Positions 48,155 through 59,200 of a stretch of DNA of 64,000 nt are shown piece after piece. Position 1 is the first letter of the stretch. Each line of letters begins with the position of its first letter. The stretch covers positions 1,184,001 through 1,248,000 of the forward strand of contig CBDFIJ010000004.1 in assembly GCA_965248055.1 (NCBI GenBank), in the 5' to 3' direction. This stretch comes from Candidatus Multivoradales bacterium (GTDB lineage Bacteria > Acidobacteriota > Thermoanaerobaculia > Multivoradales > JAHEKO01). The notes beneath the pieces were generated by a model. It saw only the letters and a program-made list of their open reading frames with translations, made no database searches and was not told the origin of the DNA. The position numbers were made by a program, and so were the translations under genes.

Positions 48155-50383
48155 CTACAGATAACCCAGAGCGCGTAGGCTCTCTTCGGTTTCCTCGTCC
48201 AGTTCGCCAAGCTCTTCACCGGCTTCAATCCGAGTACCGACGTCAATCCAAGACATCAGTCGTTGCCACAACCAGTCGGCTTCCATGAGCGGTTCACCGG
48301 CCAAGTTGACCCTCTCTTCGGGATCGGATTCCAGATCAAAGACGTACTCGGCGTCGAATCCCCGACCGCGACCTTGTCCCATCCCCCAGCGACCACCGCC
48401 ACGGCTTCCCTGCCGAGGCGCATAAACCACTTTGTAGCGCTTGGAACGCGCCATGAAGATGCCACCTTTGACCGAGGCCGCGGCGGCAAAGACAACATCC
48501 TTGTCCGGGGTTTCTGCGCGCCGACGACCGTCCATATAGGGCCACAGAGAATCTCCGGTCACAGGATTGTCGGGCTGACTTCCAGCTATCAACCCGGCTA
48601 GGGTACTCTGCAGATCCACGTTGTCGGTCAGCTCCTCTACGCGCCCTTTGGCCACGGTACCGGGCCACCATGCCACCAAGGGAATTCGCAGCATCTCGTC
48701 ATAGAGGGTGTACCCGTGGAGAACACCGCCTCGCTCAAACAGCTCTTCACCGTGATCCGAAGTCAGAAAAAAGAGCACTTCTTTCTTGTCGTAGCGTTGC
48801 AGCACTTGGTCGATAAAGGTGTCTATATGCGCGTCGTTGTAGGCGACACTGGCGGTGTAGAGACCCTTCAACCGCTCCTTGTCGTCGTTATTAACCTTGA
48901 CTCTGTGGGTCCGAATGCCCTTGAGGTTATCGGTCGAACCACTGATGGTTGATCCGTTCTCAGGAGCAAATTGACTCAAGAACGGCTCAGGTGGATCGTA
49001 GGGGTTGTGGGGGTGCACGGTTTGAATGTGGACAAACGCGCGATCGGTGGTCTCAAGCTGGTCGAGCCAGGCGAGCGTCTCTCGGTGGATCACTTCGGCA
49101 TTGTTGTTGTAACCCGCTGCGCGGCGGCTCTTACTCCCCCGCCACAGCACCTTGCTGGAGTCGGTCTCAAACCCACGCGTCATACCCAACCAGGACGAAA
49201 CGTTGCCGTTGCCAGAGAACAATCCAGTTCTATACCCTGCGTCGTGAAAACGCTCAGCGAGAGTAGGGCCACTGGCTCTGTCCAACTTATGGCCACCCTT
49301 AAGCAGGAACTTCTGGCCAGTCAAGATGCTCTTGGTCGAGGGCACGGTATTGGGAGCCACGCTGAAATGGTTGACGAAGGTGGTCCCTTGGTCCGCCAAT
49401 CGATCGATAGTCGGAGAAACTCCCTCGGGTCCTCCCAAGTGGCCAAGATAGTCGCTACGCAAGGCGTCCATGATGTAGAGAACGATCAACTTCGGCGGTT
49501 CGGGTGCGGCCGGAAGCGGCGGCGGCCCCTCTTTACCAGCGCGGACCGTCAACCCACGCCACTCGGCAGCGGGTCCCGCACCCTGGGCAAAGAATTGAAA
49601 CCGACCAAAGCCCGCTGGAACCGAGCTCGAGAACGAACTCACCCCGTCTACGTCTATTCCCTGTTGCCACTCAAAGATCTTCTTCTGCCCCTCGGAAGTT
49701 TCTAACTGCAACCAGAATCTCTGCCCGGCTTGCGCTCGCGTCGGCGAGCGAAAACTCCCACTCACCTCAGTCTTTTGGTCAAACTGGCGCACCAACTCGG
49801 CCAGGGAATAACCCGACTGCACGAGGTCGCCGGCATCGGTCACTTGGACCTCTCCCTTGTCCTTTCTCTTCAACTCGAGAGATTTGACGACCAGCTCATT
49901 GCCCTCTGGAAGGCGAAGATCCAGGTTCACCCGCCCCAGTTTCTGCTCCTGAGGAATCACCAGTTCCATCTTGCGCTTGAGTGGGATCGACTGCCATGGA
50001 CGCCCGTCAACGCGGTACTCAACAGTGCCGTTCTCGTGGGGTCGGATCGCCGCTTTCAAGGTCAATTTGCGCGACCTCTGCTCGAGGTGAACAATTTGGA
50101 TCCTAGCCTCGCCTCGTGGCTCCAGTTGGGGATCATTGCGCCGCGCGCGATCTCTCCATCCTTTGATGAAGCGATTCCCCTTTTTCGAAGCCGGCAACGA
50201 AATTCCACGGCCCTCGACCAAGATCACCGGCTCGTGCAGCGCATCAATCAGGCGAGTCTTCACCTTAGGGCCACCGCATGCCGCCAGACCCATCAACAGA
50301 ATCGTAAGAACCAAGGGCCCGATGGGCTTGCAAGCTCCCGTTCGGTGAAAAGTGTTTCGCTTCAAATTGAAATTCCCGCGCAT
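48155..50383 (-). CDS. Sulfatase-like (alkaline phosphatase superfamily) lipoprotein
   Basis: Lipobox LAAC; MDALRSD, NTVPSTKSILTG, HPHNPY, TSDHGE, HGYTLY, FDLESDPEERVNL, LRALGYL; start uncertain. Confidence 0.88.
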   Translation of the reverse strand: MRGNFNLKRNTFHRTGACKPIGPLVLTILLMGLAACGGPKVKTRLIDALHEPVILVEGRGISLPASKKGNRFIKGWRDRARRNDPQLEPRGEARIQIVHLEQRSRKLTLKAAIRPHENGTVEYRVDGRPWQSIPLKRKMELVIPQEQKLGRVNLDLRLPEGNELVVKSLELKRKDKGEVQVTDAGDLVQSGYSLAELVRQFDQKTEVSGSFRSPTRAQAGQRFWLQLETSEGQKKIFEWQQGIDVDGVSSFSSSVPAGFGRFQFFAQGAGPAAEWRGLTVRAGKEGPPPLPAAPEPPKLIVLYIMDALRSDYLGHLGGPEGVSPTIDRLADQGTTFVNHFSVAPNTVPSTKSILTGQKFLLKGGHKLDRASGPTLAERFHDAGYRTGLFSGNGNVSSWLGMTRGFETDSSKVLWRGSKSRRAAGYNNNAEVIHRETLAWLDQLETTDRAFVHIQTVHPHNPYDPPEPFLSQFAPENGSTISGSTDNLKGIRTHRVKVNNDDKERLKGLYTASVAYNDAHIDTFIDQVLQRYDKKEVLFFLTSDHGEELFERGGVLHGYTLYDEMLRIPLVAWWPGTVAKGRVEELTDNVDLQSTLAGLIAGSQPDNPVTGDSLWPYMDGRRRAETPDKDVVFAAAASVKGGIFMARSKRYKVVYAPRQGSRGGGRWGMGQGRGRGFDAEYVFDLESDPEERVNLAGEPLMEADWLWQRLMSWIDVGTRIEAGEELGELDEETEESLRALGYL

Positions 50384-50509
50384 GGTCAATAGTGCTCCCT
50401 TGGCGGGGATTCTACAGACCACGGGCGAACTTGGCTGACCCGTCTTCCACCGCTGCCGAACCGACACCCCGGCGAAAATGCCCCCTGCGGTGAGTGCTAA
50501 CCTTCATAG

Positions 50510-51304
50510 GTGCGCCAATACCTCGACCTTGTGCAGCACATCCTCGACCACGGGGTCGACAAAGGAGACCGTACTGGGATCGGGACACGCAGTGTATTTG
50601 GCCATCAGTTGCGGTTTCCGCTGGCGAATGGTTTTCCTCTGCTGACCACCAAGAAGCTGCACACTCGGTCGATTTTTCACGAGCTGTTGTGGTTCCTTTC
50701 CGGGGATTCCAATATCCGCTACTTGAAAGAAAACGGAGTGCGGATCTGGGATGAATGGGCGGATGCCGATGGCAATCTAGGGCCGGTATACGGAGTGCAG
50801 TGGCGATCGTGGCCAACCCCAGACGGTCGCACGGTGGACCAGATCAGCAACGTCCTTGCGGCCATCCGCAACAATCCCGACTCACGACGACACATTGTCA
50901 ACGCTTGGAACGTGGCTGAAGTTGACAGCATGGCTCTGCCGCCGTGCCACACCTTGTTTCAGTTCTACATTGCCCAAGGCAAGCTTTCTTGCCAGCTCTA
51001 CATGCGCAGCGCCGATGTTTTCCTCGGGGTGCCGTTCAACATCGCGTCGTATTCTCTGCTCACACACATGGTCGCCCAGGTGACGAATCTCGAAGTCGGC
51101 GATTTCGTGCTCAGTTTTGGCGATGTCCACCTCTACTCCAATCATTTCGAGCAGGCCCGCAAACAACTCGGCCGCCAGCCAAGGTCTTTGGCCCAATTGG
51201 CACTCAACCCTAAGGTCACGGATCTCTTCGCTTTCACCTTCAAAGACATTCAAGTCCTCAATTACGATCCTCACCCCAGCATTCCCGCCCCCATCGCGGT
51301 CTAG
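50510..51304 (+). CDS. thyA: Thymidylate synthase
   Basis: [44 protein letters not shown]. Confidence 0.98.
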   Translation: MRQYLDLVQHILDHGVDKGDRTGIGTRSVFGHQLRFPLANGFPLLTTKKLHTRSIFHELLWFLSGDSNIRYLKENGVRIWDEWADADGNLGPVYGVQWRSWPTPDGRTVDQISNVLAAIRNNPDSRRHIVNAWNVAEVDSMALPPCHTLFQFYIAQGKLSCQLYMRSADVFLGVPFNIASYSLLTHMVAQVTNLEVGDFVLSFGDVHLYSNHFEQARKQLGRQPRSLAQLALNPKVTDLFAFTFKDIQVLNYDPHPSIPAPIAV

Positions 51305-51417
51305 CTAACGTCTTCCCGCTCGCTTCGACTCCTTGGCTGAGAGTCGATCACCGTACGCCTGAGCTATGATCAGATCAACAGTGGTCAAACCCCACCGGGG
51401 AGACACAAGGAGGCGTT

Positions 51418-51822
51418 ATGAATTGGTCGAAAGCTTTGATCGCAGGAGTGGTCGGTGGAATTGTGCTTTTCTTCGCGGACTTCGTGATGCACGGCATGAT
51501 CATGGGCAGTACCTACGCTAAATACCCAGCGCTATTCGTTCAAGAAGAAGGCGGTATCCACTGGTTCTTGTTGATCTCCCTGTGCATCGGCATCGCCCTA
51601 GCGATTCTGTTCGCCAAAACCCGGCAGTGCTGGGCTGATGGGGCCAAGGGTGGCGCGACCTTTGGTTTCTGGGTCGGGCTAGTGGTTTTCTTCACTCCCT
51701 TTTACAGCACCCTGGTCATCATCGGCTTCCCCTACTACCTGGCGTGGTGTCAGGGCGGAATCGTGTTGATCGGTATGATGATCGTGGGCGCCGCAATGGG
51801 CATGATCTACAAGCGCGGCTAG
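51418..51822 (+). CDS. 4-TM membrane protein of unknown function
   Basis: Four hydrophobic segments; AAGGAGG RBS. Confidence 0.8.
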   Translation: MNWSKALIAGVVGGIVLFFADFVMHGMIMGSTYAKYPALFVQEEGGIHWFLLISLCIGIALAILFAKTRQCWADGAKGGATFGFWVGLVVFFTPFYSTLVIIGFPYYLAWCQGGIVLIGMMIVGAAMGMIYKRG

Positions 51823-51837
51823 CTCTTCGTCCTTTCC

Positions 51838-51872
51838 TGTGGAGGGTTGGGTGGTCGCTCAATCCTCCGCAA
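51838..51872 (+). terminator. Hairpin downstream of the membrane protein gene
   Basis: TGTGGAGGGTTGGG...CTCAATCCTCCGCA inverted repeat with G-U pairs. Confidence 0.4.
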
Positions 51873-51942
51873 ATGACTTTCTCTTGACCAGATATTCATC
51901 TTGATACTGGTTCAGGGAATTGTTTCGCCAAGTCGCAATCTC

Positions 51943-52458
51943 ATGAAAAAATCCATCATCGTTGCCATCGCCTGGAACGGAGTCATCGGACACGACGGCG
52001 ACTTGCCGTGGCGGCTACCCGCTGATCTCAAGTACTTTAAGAAGACCACCATGGGTCATCACCTGCTGATGGGTCGTAAGACCTACCAATCGATCGGAAA
52101 GCCGCTTCCGGGGCGCAAGATCATTGTCCTATCCACCAGTGGCTTTGATCCCGACCTGCCCGCAGAGACCGAGCCCGAGGCGGTTACAGTCGCCGCTAAC
52201 CTTGAAGACGCCTTCACGTTGGCTTCAGATCGAGGCGAAGAGGAGTTGATGATCGCTGGCGGAGCGAAGATTTATCAACAGGTGATGGATCGAGTGGATC
52301 GGCTCTACGTCACGCGAGTGGACTCGTCGTTTGAGGGAGACGTGTCCTTTGCGTTTATCGACCCAGAAATATGGTCTCTGGCCGACGAGCGTTACCACCT
52401 GCCGGATGATCGAAACGAGTATCCGATGCGCTTTCAGGTGTGGGATCGAGAGGAGTAG
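51943..52458 (+). CDS. folA: Dihydrofolate reductase
   Basis: NGVIG..GDLPWRLPADLKYFK, MGRKTYQSIGKPLPGR, IAGGAKIY. Confidence 0.96.
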   Translation: MKKSIIVAIAWNGVIGHDGDLPWRLPADLKYFKKTTMGHHLLMGRKTYQSIGKPLPGRKIIVLSTSGFDPDLPAETEPEAVTVAANLEDAFTLASDRGEEELMIAGGAKIYQQVMDRVDRLYVTRVDSSFEGDVSFAFIDPEIWSLADERYHLPDDRNEYPMRFQVWDREE

Positions 52459-52475
52459 GCGGGACTGGCCATCCC

Positions 52476-52568
52476 GTCATCCCCGTAGGGCGGAGGCCTT
52501 GGGGGTCGGGGATCTCTGTCATGGGGTACCAGATCCCGGCCCCCCACCCTTTCCACCGCCGGGATGAC
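52476..52568. repeat. REP-like inverted pair (REPIN-like doublet)
   Basis: GTCATCCCCG...CGGGGATCT followed by AGATCCCGGC...CCGGGATGAC. Confidence 0.8.
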
Positions 52569-52639
52569 GCGTAGAGCTACACCGCAAACAACATGTTGGG
52601 GGTTCGCGAAGCGAGGGTACTCGGACTACGGCTACTTGA

Positions 52640-53536
52640 TTACCGATCCTTACGCCGCTTCATCAAATCCCGCAGGCGCGGACGGCGACCTTCTTCCTCT
52701 TCTTCACCGTCCTCGCCTTGCATACCCTCAAGCTCCGCTAGGTCGGGCATCAACTCCACTTGCTGGTAGCCGGCAGGGATCTCAAAGGTCGAGTCGGCGA
52801 CCGACTCCTCACGCAAGACGGTCACTTCGGTGGTTGAAGTTGAAGCTGTGGTTCTTCCTTTCTTGTCGGTCGTGGTCATGTGCATAACCGACTTAAGTGG
52901 CACACCGTCCACCTTGCTGAACTCGGTTTCCATCATCTCGTCGAGACCCTCGATCATTCCACCCATCCGCTTGTCCGGGCGCAACCAAACAGAAAAGGCA
53001 CGGGTGTCAAAACCGCTGGTGGTCCACATTTCCTGATCCATCTCAATGCGCTGCTCCTGCTTCATTCCCATCACCGCCATACGCATGGTGTAGCCCGACT
53101 GGAAACGTAGGTGTTTGGTGCTGTAACCAAGAATCGACTCTCCTGGACTTTCTGAGATCTTCTCACTGTGAACATCAGTGAATTCGATTTTGAACATGCT
53201 TCCCATGCCCTCCATGACCTGGCCAGCCATGTTCATGATCTGTCCGAGGTCGAACTCAGAGTAGGTCTCGTCCTCAGTGTTGACTAGGTACATCAATTCC
53301 CCGGCGTCGCGGGTGACCATGTAGGTTCCAGGACCAAAAAAACCGGTCTCTTTACCTTCAGCAAACTCAATCTTGGTCGAGTCGCCTTCAACCCAGACCG
53401 AGACCGTCATTTGGCCATCGCCGCCCCGTTCATCGTCGGTGGCGGTAACCGCTTCGTAGTAGTGCCCAGCACTTGCCGCACTGGTTGCGAAAAGAAAGGT
53501 GCCCGCCACCACCAACGCTGTCTTTTTCTTAATCAT
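52640..53536 (-). CDS. Exported DUF4412-like protein
   Basis: Signal peptide ending ASA|G; GESILGY, EMWTT, GVPLKS, FEIPAGYQ. Confidence 0.75.
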   Translation of the reverse strand: MIKKKTALVVAGTFLFATSAASAGHYYEAVTATDDERGGDGQMTVSVWVEGDSTKIEFAEGKETGFFGPGTYMVTRDAGELMYLVNTEDETYSEFDLGQIMNMAGQVMEGMGSMFKIEFTDVHSEKISESPGESILGYSTKHLRFQSGYTMRMAVMGMKQEQRIEMDQEMWTTSGFDTRAFSVWLRPDKRMGGMIEGLDEMMETEFSKVDGVPLKSVMHMTTTDKKGRTTASTSTTEVTVLREESVADSTFEIPAGYQQVELMPDLAELEGMQGEDGEEEEEGRRPRLRDLMKRRKDR

Positions 53537-53708
53537 GATTCGTCTCCCCAGGTTGCCAAGCCAGATCGGCTCTGAGTCGTCATCAGTAACAACAGCCAAA
53601 GCGTAACCTCAATATCGTTCCTCGCCAAGCGTCGAGCAACGCGCGCCCCCTGGATACAACGACGCCAGACAGGCGAACTCCCAACTCACTGACGCCACAG
53701 AAGCACGG

Positions 53709-54860
53709 CTACTCCGAGGGAGCGAGGGGAACGGTAATCCACGCCGACTCTCGGCCCGAGGCGGTCGCCTGGTCGCTCGATCCTGGCTCGCTTTCAAAGC
53801 CTTGGTTGCGGTCAGGGCTGAGCTCTCGGTCAAACAGCGAGCCAATTCGATTGCCCGCCAGATCCTCTATCCGGTGATGCACCCGCAAACGGACTTGCCC
53901 TGCCTCGGGCAACTGCCCAAGCAGCAGGTATTCGCCGGATGGAGCTACCTCAACTTGAGCTTCAACCGGTTCTCCCAGCTCTTTTTCGACCCGGACCGAT
54001 CGTTCGACTAGATAGGGGTCTAAGGCTTCGCCAAAATCGACACGTAGCGATTGGTCTCCAAGACTCGTGGTGCTCCAGGTTGCAGGATTAACTTCGGCAC
54101 GATCCGCATCGGTGGCCTGAAAGTGATGCTCGAAGCGTGCCCCTGACGGTGCTTCGACAACCAGGGTGTAGTCGTGACCCGAGGCCAAGGGAGGACCGAG
54201 GGCCCGATTGGGGCCGACCTCTCGTTTGATCCGGCCGGGATGGAAAATCAAGGTCAGCCGCCGTTGCTCGCCATCCCAGAGTCCCTGCGGAATCTCGACA
54301 AACGGAGTGTCGACCCATTTCTCAACGGTGTTGTCGCGCAACCGAATCCAGGTGTGGACATCTTTGGCAAAGACTGGACGCGAAAATTCAAGGTACAAGC
54401 GCAATGCGTTGGCAGGCAATACCGAAACGGACGGCATCACGCGGATCACCCTCAGATACTGGGCCGTGCGCTCACCGTTCCACGGCATTGTTAGAACCTC
54501 AGCATGAACGGCTTCAGCACTCGGCTCTTCGTGGCGGGAACGGAGAATCGCACAATAGTTGCCCTGGGGGTCCAACGGAAACTGCGGCACCATCTGAACT
54601 TCGTCTGTCCCAGTCTCTATTCGGGCCAAGATCGCCGGCGTCGTGGCAACTTGGTCGCAATCTCCAACGTGCAACGACAAAGCCTGTTGGTATTTGATAG
54701 CAGGCTCTTGGTTCGGTCGCCCGACGACCACCACCAATCCATATGCTGGATCCTCTTGCCACCTCAGAGGTTCCGATGGGACTGGCTGTACCAGAAAAAC
54801 TACGCTAGCAACTCCGACCAGAGCCGCAAGCATGCAGTGCTTTGAAAACAAGCGTAGCAA
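53709..54860 (-). CDS. Hypothetical exported protein with Ig-like segments
   Basis: PQFPL, LPANALRLYLEFSRP, LWD..RRLTLIFHPGRIKR, EDLAGN. Confidence 0.7.
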   Translation of the reverse strand: MLRLFSKHCMLAALVGVASVVFLVQPVPSEPLRWQEDPAYGLVVVVGRPNQEPAIKYQQALSLHVGDCDQVATTPAILARIETGTDEVQMVPQFPLDPQGNYCAILRSRHEEPSAEAVHAEVLTMPWNGERTAQYLRVIRVMPSVSVLPANALRLYLEFSRPVFAKDVHTWIRLRDNTVEKWVDTPFVEIPQGLWDGEQRRLTLIFHPGRIKREVGPNRALGPPLASGHDYTLVVEAPSGARFEHHFQATDADRAEVNPATWSTTSLGDQSLRVDFGEALDPYLVERSVRVEKELGEPVEAQVEVAPSGEYLLLGQLPEAGQVRLRVHHRIEDLAGNRIGSLFDRELSPDRNQGFESEPGSSDQATASGRESAWITVPLAPSE

Positions 54861-54883
54861 AGGGACTAAACCTAGCGCAATGA

Positions 54884-56071
54884 CTAAAGGCGACTGGTAT
54901 GCAGGGCTACCAAATCCATGGTGCCAGCGTTGGTGCGCACCAACGCCACCACCGCATCGTCGCTCAGCACGTCCAATTGCTGGACACCGGAACCGGAGCG
55001 AATTTCGTACTCCAGACCTGCGGTGTAGCCTTCGACTCCCTCAGTAATCGAGCCTTCGTAAGTTGCTACCTCAGCCGGATCGACAATCATCAGTGGCAGG
55101 TTGCTGTTGGCGATGAGGATGCGCTCCTGACCATCTTTGCGGTAAACGATCATGTCGAGCGGATAGTTGCCGGAACCGAACTCGGCCAACGTTCGTCCGG
55201 TCACATGGGCGCCATCTTCCAGGTCATCGAGCGAAAAAGTCACGAAGGGAGTACACAAGTAGGCGGCGAGCATCTGGATGGAATCCTCAAATTCGTACGG
55301 GACAAAGGTTCGCACTGGGGAATGCGTTTCGTACTTGCCATGGGCACCGTGAAAAATCTCAAGAGTCGTGGTCTCGGCAGAGTCAGTAAACGGGTAAGGA
55401 ATCTTCCACATCGCCGACGCAAACTCTTCATTCGAAAGCCCGGTGACGTAGACCGAACCATCGTAGTAGGCCATATCGGTGATGGTGTCAGAGCGGGTCG
55501 TGGCGTCTGGCTTCCAGGGATGTGGCTCGTCAGCAATCGGATTGGGCAGATGAACAGCTGTGACTTCCAGTTGACTCAACTCGACCACGCCAATTTCTCC
55601 GGCGGCGTTGACCGTCAGCAGGACTTTGGCGTCACCGAGATCGTTGGGTAGTTGCCATTTGGAAACCCAATTGGGCCGCGAGCGTGAAACGGCGAGATAG
55701 ATCACTTTGTTGGTCGGATGCACCGCCAGATCGTGGACCACAATCTGCTCAGCCGTGGTTCCCAGCCGCGCAGCAACCTGGGTTTCAAAGTTCTGCACCA
55801 CAGTCGTTCGGAACTCCGCAACCTCCCAGACCACTTGATCGCTAGCAGCCAAATCGACCGCGTAAATCGCCCCCGCCTTGCTATCTCCCATCAGCAGCGT
55901 CCCGTCCGGGTGGAAAGCCAGCGTCGAGATCGACTGCGGAGAAAATCCTTCTTCACTCTCTTGGGCAGTCGTCGGAGATAGAGGCAGAGCTATCGAAGCT
56001 GCAACAAACAGCAAAACACAAACGAACAATGATCGCATCATCGGTTGGGACTCCATCGGTTGACGCACCAT
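54884..56071 (-). CDS. Hypothetical exported protein, probable beta-propeller
   Basis: Signal peptide; LAFHPDGTLLMGDS, DLAVHP, GLSNEEF, HGAHGKYETHSP, AAYLCTP, GSGNYPLDM. Confidence 0.75.
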   Translation of the reverse strand: MVRQPMESQPMMRSLFVCVLLFVAASIALPLSPTTAQESEEGFSPQSISTLAFHPDGTLLMGDSKAGAIYAVDLAASDQVVWEVAEFRTTVVQNFETQVAARLGTTAEQIVVHDLAVHPTNKVIYLAVSRSRPNWVSKWQLPNDLGDAKVLLTVNAAGEIGVVELSQLEVTAVHLPNPIADEPHPWKPDATTRSDTITDMAYYDGSVYVTGLSNEEFASAMWKIPYPFTDSAETTTLEIFHGAHGKYETHSPVRTFVPYEFEDSIQMLAAYLCTPFVTFSLDDLEDGAHVTGRTLAEFGSGNYPLDMIVYRKDGQERILIANSNLPLMIVDPAEVATYEGSITEGVEGYTAGLEYEIRSGSGVQQLDVLSDDAVVALVRTNAGTMDLVALHTSRL

Positions 56072-56201
56072 AGTGCTTGGAAATAGTGGACGAGATCGAC
56101 CACCTGCGTTCAGATACGCACAATCACGAACAATGGTTCACCTCTCGCCAGAATCTAGCGCTACACCAACCATTCCTGCCGCGCGAATTAGGACGAAACT
56201 C

Positions 56202-59200
56202 CTAACCGCCGATCTGCTCGATCCAGTCCTCCATGGTGCCCTGCGAGCAACCGAACTTGCGCTGACCATTGCCCAAGTCCAGCGCATCGATAATCTGATC
56301 GCAACTGCAACCGGCGGTGTCCTCGGTGGTGAAGGTCGACGAACCACCCAAGGTATCGAAGACGTTATCGCCGTCGGTCAATGCATAGTGATTGGGCTTG
56401 AGCCCCTGAGTGGGAACCGCTTCCGGATTCTCGGTATCGGGGCAAAGATCGTCGTCATTGCCAACTCCGTCACCGTCATCGTCGAGAAAGCTTTGCAGGT
56501 ACAAGACCAGACCGTCGTGATCCGCAATGCGCAAGTTGGAGCCAAAATCCAAAAGCAGTCCGCCCGGCGCATCGACGTTGCCGCGCGCGTAGGCGACATC
56601 CACCACCCTCGGATGGGTGACTTCAGAGGTCAGCATGTGGTCGATCGCCTGCGAGCTACCTCGAAAGTTAAACGAATAGCGTTGCTCGGCCGGCAAAGAA
56701 AGAATCTCGTTGCGCAGATCCGGGTTGACCGCATCGTAGGTCGCCGCTTCATCTCCCAACGGATCGAGGTTGCCGCTGATCTGGCCAACCACATCAACAT
56801 AGCCATCGGTGAACTCGAAAGCATTGAAATCACCGGTAACGATCAACGGAGTCAGCGAATCATTTGTCTGCCGTAGTTGGATGAATTCGGAGAGATCTCG
56901 CGCCTGCTCGAAGCGCTTCAAGCGCACGCGGGTCGCCTGGGATCCTTCGATGCCACCGAGCGAACGCTGGTGGACCCCGATGACGGTGAAGTCAAAGAAA
57001 GCCCCGTCGCCGATGTAGGTGGCCTCCAAAATCAGTGGTGGACGATCGTTGAGCAGGCTGTTGTCAAAGGTGAAGATGGTGTTTTCCCCGAACTGTGCGA
57101 CATCGGAAACCAAGATCCGGTCGTTGCGGGTTAAGTAGCCAACATCGATCCCTCCGACATCGTTGCCTTCCAGCAGCCACGCGGTGTACACCAAGCCCGG
57201 CTGGTCGCTGGCGATACGCGCGGTCAAGTCGTCCAGGACTGCTAAACCTTCCACCTCTTGAACCACCAGGACATCTGGAGCGTTGAGAACTTCGCGAACC
57301 CAGGTTGAAATCTTGTCGAGACGGCCTTGATACTCCAACGTATCCACCACTTCATCATCGACGAGCGGATCATCGATATCGTCGAAGAAGCGCTGCAAAT
57401 TCTGGGTGGCGATGGTCATTTCGCCTGCCGCCCGGTCTCTGGTGACCAACGGCAATACCGGAGGAGTCCCGAGTGCGTAACTAGTCGGCCACACCTGATA
57501 GTCACCGAACGAGAAACCCAAGGCACCTTCGGCGATTACCGATTGGCCACCAAAGACATCGGTATCGGCCAGTGTCAAACCATCTGGATCAAATTCGAAA
57601 ATCTCTGGATTCCCATCCCATACCGGCAAACCGATTAACCCTGGATACTCAATTCCTGGTTCGCGGAACGCTCGGTTCGGCCCAGCCACCACTGCAACAT
57701 CGCCGAAACGATCGCTGGGAGCGGTGGCGACTCCGTCAAAAATCACCAGCATGCCCTCAAAGCGCTCAAGCTCGGTGTCCGGCTGCGGTTGATTGGGCGA
57801 AGGATCGACAACCACCGGAGTGGGAAGCGCGGCGCCCGAACTGGTCACCACGACATTCACCGCGCCGGACAGCTCGGTGAAGTCGAAGAATTCCTGCACT
57901 GCACCGGTGACATCGACCAGGTCACCAACCGCAACTGCGGGGGCAACACTGGTGAAAACGAAGATTCCGTCCGAGGTGACCGGATCGCCATCTGTGCGGA
58001 CTTCGGGCGTTTGCATAAAGAAACCATCCGGCGCGATTGCGGTCACAACATTCTGCATCGTCGACACCGGGGAATTCGCGACCGGGCTGGCCAGCCCAGA
58101 ACCCTGAATCTCAAAGATCTCGAACGGCAGCGGTGGCCCGAGAACGCAGTTAGTGTCGCTGGAACTATTGGCCTCCCCAGGGGTGACACACTGCAGCGAA
58201 AAATCGGTGCTGTTGTCGTCGGTGTCGTTACCATCGGGCAGGCGAGATAGTCCGAGTAGCTGGGTACCGCTGGAATCAGCCGGAGCCCCGGTTCCTTCGG
58301 CGTAGGGAGCTGCGACTTCACCTTCGTAACTCACAGCGTCCAGGATCAGGCTGCCAAATGCCAGAGCCACCGCATCTGGAGAACCGTTTTGAATCAGGTT
58401 GGTATCCGGCGAAACGTCAAGGTCGCATTCGGGAGTATTCGCTGCATTGGCGCAAACTACGTAGTAGTCGCCAGCAGCAAGTTGGACGTCAGGAAGAGCG
58501 AAAGAGCGATATTCGGCTCCGGTGGAGCCATTTGCCATCACCAACTCGACCCCCAACAGACCCACCGAAGCCGCCGTCGGATTGTAGATCTCGACGAACT
58601 CGGCCGCGTCGGTGCTCGGTTGATCGTAGTCCACTTCGTTGATCACCAACTCGGGCGGACCCGCGCTAGCGCAGCCGGAAGTCGCGCTGCTGTTGGGTAG
58701 TCCGGGAGTTGCACAACGTTGGGAAAAGTCCACATTGTTGACATCGCTATCCACGGAGTCCGGGAAGCGAGAAATACCAGACAAGTCAATACTCGAAAAA
58801 TCTTCCAGGCCAACGCCCGATCCTTCGGTGTAGGGAGCCCCGGTGTCTCCCTCATAGCTGACCGCATCCAAGATCAATCCGCCCGCGACCAATGCGGCTC
58901 CGTCGGGCGCACCGTTTTGGATCAAATTGGTGTTGGGAGAGGCATCCAGGTCGCACAGAGTGACCTGGGCTGCATCGCCGCAGACCACGAAGTAGCCGCC
59001 TGCGGGCAGATTCACCGCGGGTAGCGCGATGGTGTTGTAAACGGTTGCGCCACCGCCAGTACCGTTAACCAGTTCCAGATCGACGCCATCTAGGCTGACA
59101 GCCGAGGTACCAGTGTTGACGATCTCAACGAACTCGGCGGCATCGGTTCCCGCCTGATCGTAGTCGATCTCATTGATCACCAACGTTGGAGGCCCGGTAG

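Noticed and set aside
56073-56876. 267-aa plus-strand ORF and other long antisense ORFs (e.g. 54899..55651, 48971..49705, 33893..34576)
   Set aside because: Shadow ORFs opposite confident genes, as expected in GC-rich DNA
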